Assembly: GCA_041691215.1 (NCBI GenBank)
Contig: JBEPVB010000003.1
Span: 1-44,972 of the forward strand
DNA length: 44,972 bases
Direction: 5' to 3'
Source of the DNA: Chloroflexota bacterium
Lineage (GTDB): Bacteria; Chloroflexota; Limnocylindria; Limnocylindrales; CSP1-4
This document shows positions 29,793 through 38,721 of the stretch, piece by piece. A model generated the notes under the pieces. The model searched no databases. It was given only the letters and a program-made list of their open reading frames with translations, and was not told the DNA's origin. A program made the translations under genes and the position numbers. Within the stretch, counting starts at the first letter, position 1, and each line of letters begins with the position of its first letter.

Positions 29793-29828
29793 GGACGCCC
29801 ACCGAGCAACGGTGGGCGTCCCCATTTT
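29793..29828 (+). terminator. Intrinsic terminator
   Basis: GGACGCCCACCG-agcaa-CGGTGGGCGTCC 12-bp stem followed by CCATTTT. Confidence 0.75.
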
Positions 29829-29947
29829 CCGGGCTACCGAGTCCCGGGAGGCCGTCGAAACGTGCAGCGGAGCCAGCCCATGACCCATATCGTCGAACAC
29901 CTCAGCATCGATCACCAACTGCCCGTCGTGACGGAGCCAGAGCGATC

Positions 29948-30337
29948 ATGACCACGGTCTACGTCGACCACGACGCCATCGTGGAGGGCGCTCGCAGCGC
30001 CAGCAGGCCCGATGAAGGCTCGCTGCGATCGCTCGGCTTCCTGCTCGAGGCCGGCCACGAGGTGATCCTGGTCGTCGAGCCTGGCCATGAGCCTCGCCCA
30101 GCGCCGATCCGCGACTGGGCGACGATCGGCGTGGGCAACGTGCCCCTCCGGCCCGATCACCCCTCCTGGTACCTGACAACCGAGGTCGATCGCTGTCGGG
30201 GCCGGTCGGCCCACCTGCGGACGGTCCTGATCGGGCTGTCACCCGCGGCAGCGGCGATCCACCGCTGCGACACCCTGGCCCGCGATGTCCCGGCCGCGGT
30301 CCTCGAGATCCTGGCCGCCGAGGCGATGCGGCCCTGA
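29948..30337 (+). CDS. Hypothetical protein, truncated HAD-like pattern
   Basis: TVYVDHD, LLEAGHEVILV, LRTVLIG, CDTLARDVPAAV. Confidence 0.6.
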   Translation: MTTVYVDHDAIVEGARSASRPDEGSLRSLGFLLEAGHEVILVVEPGHEPRPAPIRDWATIGVGNVPLRPDHPSWYLTTEVDRCRGRSAHLRTVLIGLSPAAAAIHRCDTLARDVPAAVLEILAAEAMRP

Positions 30338-30651
30338 CGACCCGGAGGGGTCGGGCCACGGAAGCTCGGGCGGCGACCGAAACGCGACTACAAGGCGTCG
30401 CCGCCGAGGGGCATGACCAGCTACCGGGGCGGCAGGGATGATGTCGGCAGGCCCGGCGACCCGCTCGCCGGTTCGTTCCTCCCGGGGGGCCTGCGAAACA
30501 CGCCGGCCCCCCCACCCTCCCCCGACCGTCCGCTCCCCCGGGCGGTCGCGCCCCCGGATTCCCGGACGCTGGCACATCAGAACGCCGCGTCTCGGGGGAG
30601 ACGCGGCGTTCGTGCCGAAGGTGGTTCCCGCCTCTTCGCGGGTCGAGGGCC

Positions 30652-31044
30652 TCACCGGGAGTCGAGCGATCCGCTCCTTGTTCGACCCTGGTCGCGGCGG
30701 TCCATGAGCACGAGGCCCACGGCTGCCACGGGCAGGAGGGCAACGGCGATCAGGATCCGCGGAGCTCCGCCCAGGAGCATCCCGATCGCCAGCCCGAGCG
30801 ACATCGTCGCCCCGGCCGAGATCTGCTGATCCGAACCGGCCTCGATGCGGCGCATGGCGCCCTCAGCGAGACCACGGGACGTTCGCGCGACCTCGGGGAT
30901 CGAGGCCCGCACCGTGTCCACGGCATCGCCCACTTGGGTCGTCGCGGCCCGGACCGCGTCGCGGGCGGTATCGATGCTGTCGCGGGTCCCGGCTCGAGGC
31001 CCACGCCCCGTCGTCGGCTGCTCCAGTGCACTGTTCTTCGTCAT
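30652..31044 (-). CDS. Hypothetical protein with C-terminal TM hairpin
   Basis: AGGAGG RBS; helical N-terminus and two hydrophobic segments. Confidence 0.7.
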   Translation of the reverse strand: MTKNSALEQPTTGRGPRAGTRDSIDTARDAVRAATTQVGDAVDTVRASIPEVARTSRGLAEGAMRRIEAGSDQQISAGATMSLGLAIGMLLGGAPRILIAVALLPVAAVGLVLMDRRDQGRTRSGSLDSR

Positions 31045-31096
31045 TGCTGACCTCCTGTTCCTGTCGGGATGGGCGCCTCCCGCTGGCGTTCACGGC

Positions 31097-31113
31097 TGCA
31101 ACCGGACTGCAAC
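31097..31113 (+). promoter_or_regulatory. Perfect TGCAAC direct repeat at 11-bp spacing
   Basis: TGCAAC at 31097 and 31108 in a divergent intergenic region. Confidence 0.55.
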
Positions 31114-31206
31114 GCCCGGTGCCCTTTGGGGCGTGTGATACGGACCGTCGGCTTCGTACGTTCAGGGCCACTGGAGCCATCGGCTCCTGCAAACGAGGAG
31201 ATCGAC

Positions 31207-31446
31207 ATGGACGATTCCAAGCGCGCCGCTCGGGACATGGAAGACGACGCCAAGGAGGCCTGGCGCGGGGCGGACGGCGAATCGCTCGCCGACAAGGCAG
31301 CCAACGCCGGCGATCGCATTCACCACGGGATCGAGAACGCCGGCGACGAGATCCACAAGGACGTCGACGAAGCCGGACGGCACGTCGAGTACGAGAAGGG
31401 TCGCATCGACGAGATCAACCGCGAGGGTGATCCCGGCGCCCGCTGA
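31207..31446 (+). CDS. Hydrophilin/LEA-like small protein
   Basis: GAGGAG RBS; D/E/K/A/G-rich with 11-aa periodicity (NAGDRIH / NAGDEIH / EAGRHVE). Confidence 0.75.
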   Translation: MDDSKRAARDMEDDAKEAWRGADGESLADKAANAGDRIHHGIENAGDEIHKDVDEAGRHVEYEKGRIDEINREGDPGAR

Positions 31447-31462
31447 GCGGCCGACACGCGAC

Positions 31463-32416
31463 TCATCCGTCGCGGGGGCCCCCGGCCGATCGTGCCACCG
31501 TTCGGTGGTGCGGCAGGCCGGGGGCTCGAATCTGTCCGCCCCAAGATCGGCGCGCTGCTGCTGCCGTGGCCGCATGGCGCCAGTGGTGACCTCGGCGGAT
31601 CCGGCGCGGCCTCGTCATGGCCGCCGAGTCATCGCCACGCGCGAGCGGCTGAGCAGCCAGCTCGGACGCGCCTGGGATGACCCGGTAGGCGCCCGACGGG
31701 AACAGGCCCGCGCCGCCGGCGTGCGCCAGCAGCCGCAGCTGGGCCGCGGTTTCCAGGGTCAGCGGTCCGCTCTGGCGACCCTGCCCGGGAGCCTCGAATC
31801 CGCCACGGGCCCGCAGCGCCGACGCGTCGTAGAGGACGCAGCCACGAATCTCCGAGACGCGATACAGCCGGTCTCGCGTCCGCGGAAGGCGTTCCCGGAG
31901 GTGCTCGAGGTTCGCTCCGCGATGAACACGCCGGCGGTTCCACGCGGGACTCCAGACCTTGACATCCTCGGGCCGAACCGGGCCGTCCCAGAACTCGATG
32001 ACCTCCTCGTCAGGCCGGTGGTCACCCAGGAAACGGAGGTCGACGACGGCCGAACCGACGAACCCGCAGCGCGTCGCCCTTATGGCTGCCACCAGCCGGC
32101 CCAGCAGGTCGGGCTCGAGGTACACACCGTCGTCGATCACCAGGAGGTATGGCGCGGCCACGGCCTCGAGGAGGACCTGGCGCCGGCGGCCGGGTGTCGC
32201 CGCGGCTGGCAGAGCGGCCAGTCGCACCGGGTGGCCGCGGGCTTCGAGGATCGCTGCCAGCCCGGCGACCGGTGAGCTCAACGTCTCACCCGGCGGGCGC
32301 GCCGAGGCCACGCTGAAGGCCGGATAGCGCTGGCTGGCAAGCGACGCGAGCGTCGTGGCCAGGCCATCGGGCGTCCAGGCCTCGGGAACGACGACCTCGA
32401 CCATCGGGGGTATCAC
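31463..32416 (-). CDS. Glycosyltransferase family 2-like protein
   Basis: VEVVVP, TLASLASQRYP, YLLVIDDGV, GCVLYD. Confidence 0.75.
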   Translation of the reverse strand: MIPPMVEVVVPEAWTPDGLATTLASLASQRYPAFSVASARPPGETLSSPVAGLAAILEARGHPVRLAALPAAATPGRRRQVLLEAVAAPYLLVIDDGVYLEPDLLGRLVAAIRATRCGFVGSAVVDLRFLGDHRPDEEVIEFWDGPVRPEDVKVWSPAWNRRRVHRGANLEHLRERLPRTRDRLYRVSEIRGCVLYDASALRARGGFEAPGQGRQSGPLTLETAAQLRLLAHAGGAGLFPSGAYRVIPGASELAAQPLARGDDSAAMTRPRRIRRGHHWRHAATAAAARRSWGGQIRAPGLPHHRTVARSAGGPRDG

Positions 32417-32624
32417 GTGGTCAAGTCTCTCGCCCTCGACGCAACGGGCGTCCGCGAGCGAACGGCCCTGACCTTGCACCGGACCTACAGGGCCGGCGTG
32501 CGGCGCGGCCCCGCGACCGCGCTGGCGCGAGGCACCTGCAAGGGCGACCCCCCGGGAGGGCGCGCGTCCGAGAGTGCCCGGCGGCCAGGATGGACCCCAC
32601 GGCCGAACGCCTGGAGGACCACGC

Positions 32625-32858
32625 ATGCAGAAGCAGGACCCGATCTCGACGCCGGAGCAGCTCCGTTCGAGCCCGGTCGACGACGTCACCTACGACCTGC
32701 TGCAGGCGCTGACCTCGAAGCTCGAGGCGATCGAGGCGTACCAGATGTATGCCGACGACGGCGGCGACGTGGCGGACCTGTTCGGTCGGCTCGCGGCTGA
32801 GGACCGCGTCCACGCCCAGGAGCTCCTGGACGCCCTCCGCGGACGCCTGGACCGCTAG
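32625..32858 (+). CDS. Minimal ferritin-like helical protein
   Basis: GGAGG RBS; YDLLQALTSKLEAIEAY...AAEDRVHA (ExxY, EDxxH). Confidence 0.75.
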   Translation: MQKQDPISTPEQLRSSPVDDVTYDLLQALTSKLEAIEAYQMYADDGGDVADLFGRLAAEDRVHAQELLDALRGRLDR

Positions 32859-32885
32859 ACTCAACGGGCCGCCGACCGCAACCGC

Positions 32886-32913
32886 TGTTATGCGGATGTA
32901 ACGGATATGCAAT
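32886..32913 (+). promoter_or_regulatory. Three hexamers at 11-bp spacing upstream of the response regulator
   Basis: TGTTAT 32886, TGTAAC 32897, TGCAAT 32908. Confidence 0.6.
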
Positions 32914-33086
32914 GTCGGACGGCCGCATCCGGCAGCCATCGGCCGCGACGATGGAGGTAGCTCGGTGCGCTCGGCCAGGGCGGCCTTTCGGGTCGCAGGG
33001 CTCGCCCCACTGGGGTGGCAATCGTTGCCCGGGGTAGCCATCGTTCAGCGCCCGCACACTCGGTGTACCGCACCCAGGAGGCAGCC

Positions 33087-33845
33087 GTGTCGACACAGCC
33101 GCTCGTGCTCGTTGCCGATGACGAGCCCCGGATCACCAAGCTCGTGGCCATTGCCCTGTCTGAGGAAGGCTTCCGCGTCGTAACTGCCAACAGCGGCGAG
33201 CAGGCCCTCGAGAAGGCCGAGGAGATCCGGCCCGACATCGTCCTCCTCGACATCGTGATGCCCGACCTCGACGGCATCGAGGTCATGCGCCAGCTCCGCG
33301 AGCGCCGGCCTGTGCCGGTGATCCTCCTCACCGCCAAGGGCTCGACCGCCGACAAGGCCAAGGGTCTCGATCTCGGCGCCGATGACTACATCGCCAAGCC
33401 CTTCCACCCCGACGAGCTGGCCGCCCGCGTTCGGGCCGTCATCCGGCGCTCAAGCGGTGCCGAGCCGGGCGCCGGCGTCATCCGCTTCGACGACGTCGAG
33501 ATCGACCTCGAGCGGCGGATGGTCACCCGCAACGGCGAGCTCGTCCAGCTTTCCCGGACCGAGTGGCTCCTCCTCCAACACCTGGCCGCGAATGCCGGCA
33601 AGGTCGTCCTCCACACCGAGCTCCTGACCAAGGTCTGGGGTCCGGAGTATCGCGACGACCTCCAGTACCTCCGGGTGTGGGTCAGCCGCGTTCGCCGCAA
33701 GCTCGGTGCCGCGCCCGGCGAACCGGGCCGGATCCGGACCTTCCAGGGCATCGGCTACCTCCTCGACGTCGAGGGCGCGGCGACCATCCGGACCAAGGAC
33801 GAGGTCGAAGCCGAAGGACCGCCCGAGGTCGCCCTGATCGGCTGA
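33087..33845 (+). CDS. OmpR/PhoB-family response regulator (KdpE-like)
   Basis: VADDE, LLDIVMP, GADDYIAKPF, VWGPEY..LRVWVSRVRRKL. Confidence 0.95.
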   Translation: MSTQPLVLVADDEPRITKLVAIALSEEGFRVVTANSGEQALEKAEEIRPDIVLLDIVMPDLDGIEVMRQLRERRPVPVILLTAKGSTADKAKGLDLGADDYIAKPFHPDELAARVRAVIRRSSGAEPGAGVIRFDDVEIDLERRMVTRNGELVQLSRTEWLLLQHLAANAGKVVLHTELLTKVWGPEYRDDLQYLRVWVSRVRRKLGAAPGEPGRIRTFQGIGYLLDVEGAATIRTKDEVEAEGPPEVALIG

Positions 33846-33891
33846 TCCGAGGGCTGGAGGCGGCCTGCGGCCGCGTTCCTGGCGCGGGCTG

Positions 33892-35472
33892 TCAGGCGAG
33901 GGCGCGCTCGACGGGATCCGTCGAATCACCGGTCGAGGCGACCGCCTCGCCGCCGAGCCGGCCCCAGCCGCCGCGGGCGGCCGTCGCCCCCGTGAGGGCG
34001 GGCCAGCCATCGTGCTCGATGGTATCGAACGTCCAGGCGACCGCCGCAAGGGCGCGTTCGGCGTGGTCGAGGGCGATACCGGCCAGCTGCCGCGGCGCCA
34101 GGGATCCGGCCAGGTCCCGGGCGACGTCAGCGGCAGCACGGGCGGCCGAGAACATCGCGGTGGCATCGCCCGATCCCGGCTGCGCCCGGCGGAGCGTGAT
34201 CGCGACGCCGGAGCCGGGCAGGATAGCGGCCGCGATGGCCGGCCATCTGCTGGGCGGCTCCGAGCCAGATGGCTCGACGAAGGCAAGTGGATGATCCGGC
34301 AGGAGCAGCCGACGAAGAGCGACCTCGGCCGCGGCCCGGGCCGCGGTATCGGGTTCGCCGGTCAGCCAGGCCGGCAGGGCGCCGACGATGATCCGATCGG
34401 CCGGCAGGCCCGATGCGATCGCCATGTCGGCGGCGATCATCTGGAGGGCCAGCGCCCGGCCCGAGCGCGTTGGCGGGTCCGCGTTCATCCCGGCGTCGAG
34501 GTCCGGGGCGACGACGAGCGGACCGGCTCCGAGGTGGATGCTCGCCCCCGCCCGGCGGATGACCCGGACCGCAAAGCCGAAGTCGGCCAGGGCCCGCTCC
34601 GGGTCGACGCCGGTGACCACGATCTCGCTCATCGGATCGAGGTCCAGGAGGTCCGCCCGTTCGAAGGCCGCCACGATCGCTCCCTCGGGGGCCGCCAGGG
34701 CCGTCGGCGCGATGGCCAGGCGGACGTAGGCACCCCGTTCCGCGGCCGCGCGATCGAGGACATTGCGCAGATGGGCCAGACCCCGCTGGCTGCCGGCCGG
34801 GGCCGGCTCGAGATCCGAATCGTCGGAACGGGGCCGCCAGCCGATCTCGTGGCCGAGCTCGCCGAGCCGCGTTGCCAGCTCGCGACCGGCTGGGACCTCG
34901 ACACGCACGAGGTCCAGACCGGCCCGGATCAGGGCCGTGGCTTCGCCCTCGGCGTCGTCCGTGCCCGCCTCGTGGAGGGTCGCGCCAATCCACGGCGGCT
35001 GGCGGTCGCCGAGGATCGCCTGGAGCTCGCGGCGAGCCACCCGATTGGCATCGATCCGCGCCACCGCGGCGACGACCAGGCGGCCGAGGTGGTCCGCCGC
35101 CGCGGTCCGCCGCTCGGGCGTTTCGAGGAGGGCCGCCTCCAGGGCCAGGTCCACAGCGCCGCCGGCGACGTCGATGGCTAGCGACTGGGGGGTGGTGTCG
35201 TACTCCAGGAGGGCAACCGCGAACGCCAGCCCGACCCCGGCGGCCAGCCGGTCCTGGCGGCCGCTCACGTAACGATCGACGACCTCGGCCGCGAGCGGCC
35301 TCCCCACCCGGTCGATGCCCCCTACGCCGATGAGCCGCAGGATCGCCCGCTCACGGCCGAGGGTCGTGGCCGAACGGGCGGCCCCCGCCAGCGAGGCACC
35401 GAGCGCTCGCGAGCGCCCGGTCAGGCGGGCATGCTCCTCCGCGAACCCCCCGGTATCCAGCGACCGCGCCAT
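33892..35472 (-). CDS. Divergent lysine 5,6-aminomutase alpha-subunit-like protein
   Basis: TTLGRERAILRLIGVGGID..GRPL, GSQRGLAHLRNVLD...YVRL, APEGAIVAAFERAD resemble KamD. Confidence 0.65.
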   Translation of the reverse strand: MARSLDTGGFAEEHARLTGRSRALGASLAGAARSATTLGRERAILRLIGVGGIDRVGRPLAAEVVDRYVSGRQDRLAAGVGLAFAVALLEYDTTPQSLAIDVAGGAVDLALEAALLETPERRTAAADHLGRLVVAAVARIDANRVARRELQAILGDRQPPWIGATLHEAGTDDAEGEATALIRAGLDLVRVEVPAGRELATRLGELGHEIGWRPRSDDSDLEPAPAGSQRGLAHLRNVLDRAAAERGAYVRLAIAPTALAAPEGAIVAAFERADLLDLDPMSEIVVTGVDPERALADFGFAVRVIRRAGASIHLGAGPLVVAPDLDAGMNADPPTRSGRALALQMIAADMAIASGLPADRIIVGALPAWLTGEPDTAARAAAEVALRRLLLPDHPLAFVEPSGSEPPSRWPAIAAAILPGSGVAITLRRAQPGSGDATAMFSAARAAADVARDLAGSLAPRQLAGIALDHAERALAAVAWTFDTIEHDGWPALTGATAARGGWGRLGGEAVASTGDSTDPVERALA

Positions 35473-35545
35473 CGTCAGAGGATAGGGCCCGGGACCGAGG
35501 CGCGGCGGCGGCGCGGCCGGGCGGGAACGCCGCCACGGGCGCGCC

Positions 35546-36316
35546 TCAGGTTGGGCGCGGCCCCTCGCGCGCGGGCGCGCCGATCCAGACGTGCCCGTCG
35601 ACGAAGCGCTCGGCCTTCCAGATGGGTGCCCGGGCCTTGGTCTCGTCGATGGCATAGGCCGCGGCCACGAACGCCGCGTCGCGATGGGCCGCGCAGGCCA
35701 CGATGGCCACCGAGGCCTCGCCGAGCGGCACGCTGCCCGTCCGGTGCACGATCGCCAGCCGCTCCACGCCAAAGCGTTCCCTGATCTCGTCGGCGATCTC
35801 GCCGAGGACCCGCAGGGCGAGCGGCTCGAGGGCCTCGTAGTCGAGGGCTTCGACGCTTCGTCCGACGTGGCGGGCCGCCTCGTCCTCTTGGCCCGGGGCG
35901 GGGGTGCCGGGTGAGGCCCGGGTGATCCCCAGGAAGGCGACCACGGCGCCGTCCTCGGGAGCCGCAAGTCGTGTGACCAGGTCGCCGACGAAGCCGGCCG
36001 GAAATGGCTCGGCGCGAAGCTCGAGGATTCGTCCCTCGGCGTCGCCCATGCCCGGCCCCGACGCCGCTCCACCGCTGACCGGCGGGATCATGGCGACCTC
36101 GTCACCCGCTTCCAGCGGCTCGCCGGCAGGGGCATAGGCGCCGTTGCGGGCGAACCTGACCGAGGCACCACCGGGGGCAAGCGCGGGGTGGAGGCTGACG
36201 AGGGCCGCCCAGGAATCGGCGATGGTTGCCGGCTCCTCGAGCTCGACGCTCAACTCGCGCGTTCCGGCGAGCTCCCGCTGGACGGCGAAGAGGCGGATGC
36301 GGACGGGGATGGTCAC
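35546..36316 (-). CDS. moaX: MoaD-MoaE fusion molybdopterin synthase
   Basis: RLFAVQRELAG...IPPVSGG followed in frame by GAVVAFLG, HRTG, AHRDAAF, APIWKAE. Confidence 0.9.
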   Translation of the reverse strand: MTIPVRIRLFAVQRELAGTRELSVELEEPATIADSWAALVSLHPALAPGGASVRFARNGAYAPAGEPLEAGDEVAMIPPVSGGAASGPGMGDAEGRILELRAEPFPAGFVGDLVTRLAAPEDGAVVAFLGITRASPGTPAPGQEDEAARHVGRSVEALDYEALEPLALRVLGEIADEIRERFGVERLAIVHRTGSVPLGEASVAIVACAAHRDAAFVAAAYAIDETKARAPIWKAERFVDGHVWIGAPAREGPRPT

Positions 36317-36975
36317 GGACGCCAGGACGCCACGAGCAGCCCGTCGCCCATGGGCAGGATCGTCCCCGTGAAGTGCTCGTCGGCCAGGATCCGCGCGCAG
36401 AACGTACGCAGGGCTTCGGTGCCGTCGCCGGCCCGCGCTTCCCGGGCGCCCGAGCTTCGGCCGCCCCAGAGGACGTTGTCGGCCGTGACCAGCGCGCCGG
36501 GGGCCAGGCGCGGCAGGAGGGCGTCGAGATAGGCCGAGTACTCGTCCTTGAGAGCGTCGATGAAGACGAGGTCGAAGGGCCCGGCCAGGGCGGGCTCTTC
36601 GGCGCCAAACGCCTCGAGGGCCGGCCTGCCCACGATCACGATGCGCTCGTCGGCGACGCCCGCCGAGCGCCAGTGCTGACGGGCCACCGACGTGCGCGCG
36701 GCGTCGGGGTCGATGGTGACGATCCGCCCGTCGGCCGGCTGTCCGAGGGCCATCCAGAGGGTCGAGTAGCCGATCGCCGTCCCGACCTCACAGATGCTCC
36801 GCCGGTCGGAGGCCAGGGCGCCCAGCACACGACCGGCGTCGCGGTCGAGGATCGGCACGCGGCCAGGTGCCGCGGCCGTCTCCAGGGCGGCTAGGATCGG
36901 ATGAATCGGCCGGGCCAGCGATTCGATCCACTCGAAGTCCTTGAGGGTTGGGATCCAGGAGTCGTCGGAACGCAT
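36313..36975 (-). CDS. Class I SAM-dependent O-methyltransferase
   Basis: EVGTAIGYSTLWMA, FDLVFIDALK, ADNVLWGG. Confidence 0.92.
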   Translation of the reverse strand: MRSDDSWIPTLKDFEWIESLARPIHPILAALETAAAPGRVPILDRDAGRVLGALASDRRSICEVGTAIGYSTLWMALGQPADGRIVTIDPDAARTSVARQHWRSAGVADERIVIVGRPALEAFGAEEPALAGPFDLVFIDALKDEYSAYLDALLPRLAPGALVTADNVLWGGRSSGAREARAGDGTEALRTFCARILADEHFTGTILPMGDGLLVASWRP

Positions 36976-36986
36976 GGGGTGCCTCC

Positions 36987-37823
36987 TTAGACGAGGAGCC
37001 CGGCCCCAAAGTAGAGGCCGGCCGCGAGGATGGTGCCGGCCGCGATCGTGCCGACGCTGATGTAGAGGAGCCCGGTTGCCGACTCCATCGAGCGCGTCCT
37101 GGCGGTCTGGATCGCGGCCCAGGTCACGGCCAGCGGGAAGGCGATCCCGACGATGAGACGCAGCCAGACGAAGAGGGCCCACGAGCCACTGAGCGCGGCG
37201 AGGCCACCGACCCCCGCCGGCCCGGCCCCCGCCGCCGTCCAAGCGATGAAGGCGACGAGCTGGACGGCGACCACGGCGGCCAGGATACGGGCAAAGAGGA
37301 CGAGCGGCGCCTCGCCGAGCTTGGGCGTGACGAGGTACCAGTGGCCCAGGATCATCGCCGCGAAGACGCCCCCGGTGGCGCCGGCGAGGAGCGAGAGCTG
37401 GACGAAGAGGGCCACCGAGCCGAGCGGGCTGCCGCCCCACGACAGGGCGGCCGCGACGAGGGCCAAAATGCCCGCGGCAAGACCGGCGAGGCCCACCAGG
37501 GGCGCCCGGCGGCCTCGGCCGATCGCGACCACGTAGGCGGCCGCGAGCCCCGCCAGGGCCCACAGGAAGGCGCGCCTCGGCCCTTCCCAGGACGGGTCGA
37601 CGATGACAGGCGTGCCGCTGGTGGAGCCCGGCAGGGCGCCGTCCGAGAGGATCGCGAGGAGGGCCAGGAGGACGGCGCAGAAGGCGGTAAAACCCAGGTA
37701 GCCCCGCGAGGCATCGGTCCGCAGGCGACCCAGGACCACCGCCCCAAAGGACCCCACCGCGAGGCTCGTCAGGACCGTCCAGTTGATGAAGGCGAGGTTC
37801 TCGGCGATCAGCTCTGCGGGCAC
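36987..37823 (-). CDS. Multi-TM membrane protein (DmsC/NrfD-like anchor)
   Basis: About 8 TMs; AMILGHWYL and ESATGLLYI motifs. Confidence 0.6.
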   Translation of the reverse strand: MPAELIAENLAFINWTVLTSLAVGSFGAVVLGRLRTDASRGYLGFTAFCAVLLALLAILSDGALPGSTSGTPVIVDPSWEGPRRAFLWALAGLAAAYVVAIGRGRRAPLVGLAGLAAGILALVAAALSWGGSPLGSVALFVQLSLLAGATGGVFAAMILGHWYLVTPKLGEAPLVLFARILAAVVAVQLVAFIAWTAAGAGPAGVGGLAALSGSWALFVWLRLIVGIAFPLAVTWAAIQTARTRSMESATGLLYISVGTIAAGTILAAGLYFGAGLLV

Positions 37824-37856
37824 CGCCCGAGTGTACGATGACCGTGGAGGTACGCC

Positions 37857-38588
37857 ATGCGACGCGTAGGCGAGACGGCAATCACGTGGTTCGGGCACTC
37901 CTGCGTCGAGGTCGTGTCGCCGGGCGGCAAGACGATCATCTTCGATCCCTGGTACGCCAATCCGACCAGCCCCAAGGCGCCCGATGCGGTCGACCGTTGC
38001 GACCTCCTGCTCGTCACCCACGGCCACTACGATCACTTCGGGAACGCCTTACAAATCGCCTCGCGAACCAGGCCGGCTTGGCCGGCGATCCACGAGCTGT
38101 CGCTCTGGCTGGGCCGCAACTACGCCGGCAAGGACGAAGTCATCGGGATGAACAAGGGCGGGACCGTCGAGGCGGCCGGCCTGCAGGTCACGATGACCCC
38201 GGCCGACCATTCCGCGGGCGACTGGAACGCCGGCGGGGAGACGACCCTGTACCTCGGCGACCCCGTCGGTTTCGTCGTCACGCTCGAGGACGGGACGCGC
38301 ATCTACGACGCCGGCGACACCGCCCTCTTCGGCGACATGCGGCTCATCCGCGAGCAGTGGCATCCCGACATCGCGTTCCTGCCGATCGGCGGCCACTTCA
38401 CGATGGATCCGGAGTCGGCTGCCATCGCCGTTGAGTACCTGGGCGTCCGGGATGTGCTGCCGATCCATTACGGCACGTACCCGATCCTGGCGGGGACGCC
38501 CGACCGCCTCCGGGCGGCGATCCTGGCCCGGGGCCAGACCGATATCACGGTTCACTCTCCGGCTCGCGGGGAAACGATCCGGATCTAG
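37857..38588 (+). CDS. Metal-dependent hydrolase, metallo-beta-lactamase fold (UPF0173-like)
   Basis: TWFGHS, THGHYDH, AGDTALF, PIGGHFTM, PIHYGT. Confidence 0.92.
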   Translation: MRRVGETAITWFGHSCVEVVSPGGKTIIFDPWYANPTSPKAPDAVDRCDLLLVTHGHYDHFGNALQIASRTRPAWPAIHELSLWLGRNYAGKDEVIGMNKGGTVEAAGLQVTMTPADHSAGDWNAGGETTLYLGDPVGFVVTLEDGTRIYDAGDTALFGDMRLIREQWHPDIAFLPIGGHFTMDPESAAIAVEYLGVRDVLPIHYGTYPILAGTPDRLRAAILARGQTDITVHSPARGETIRI

Positions 38589-38721
38589 CGGCCAACGTGC
38601 GCCCCCGCCCGGATGCACCCGGCCGCGGGGTCCTATTCGGAAACGGGACGTTCGGGTGGATGCGCGTGGGCACCACCGGATGCGATACCCATGCGATCGT
38701 TTCCTGATCCCCGAAGGACCG

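Noticed and set aside
30340-30650. GC-rich hairpins between convergent genes
   Set aside because: Explainable by GC content or termination; no diagnostic motif
33087-33845. Calling the regulator kdpE
   Set aside because: No kdpABC or KdpD sensor domains in the window; resemblance is only at subfamily level
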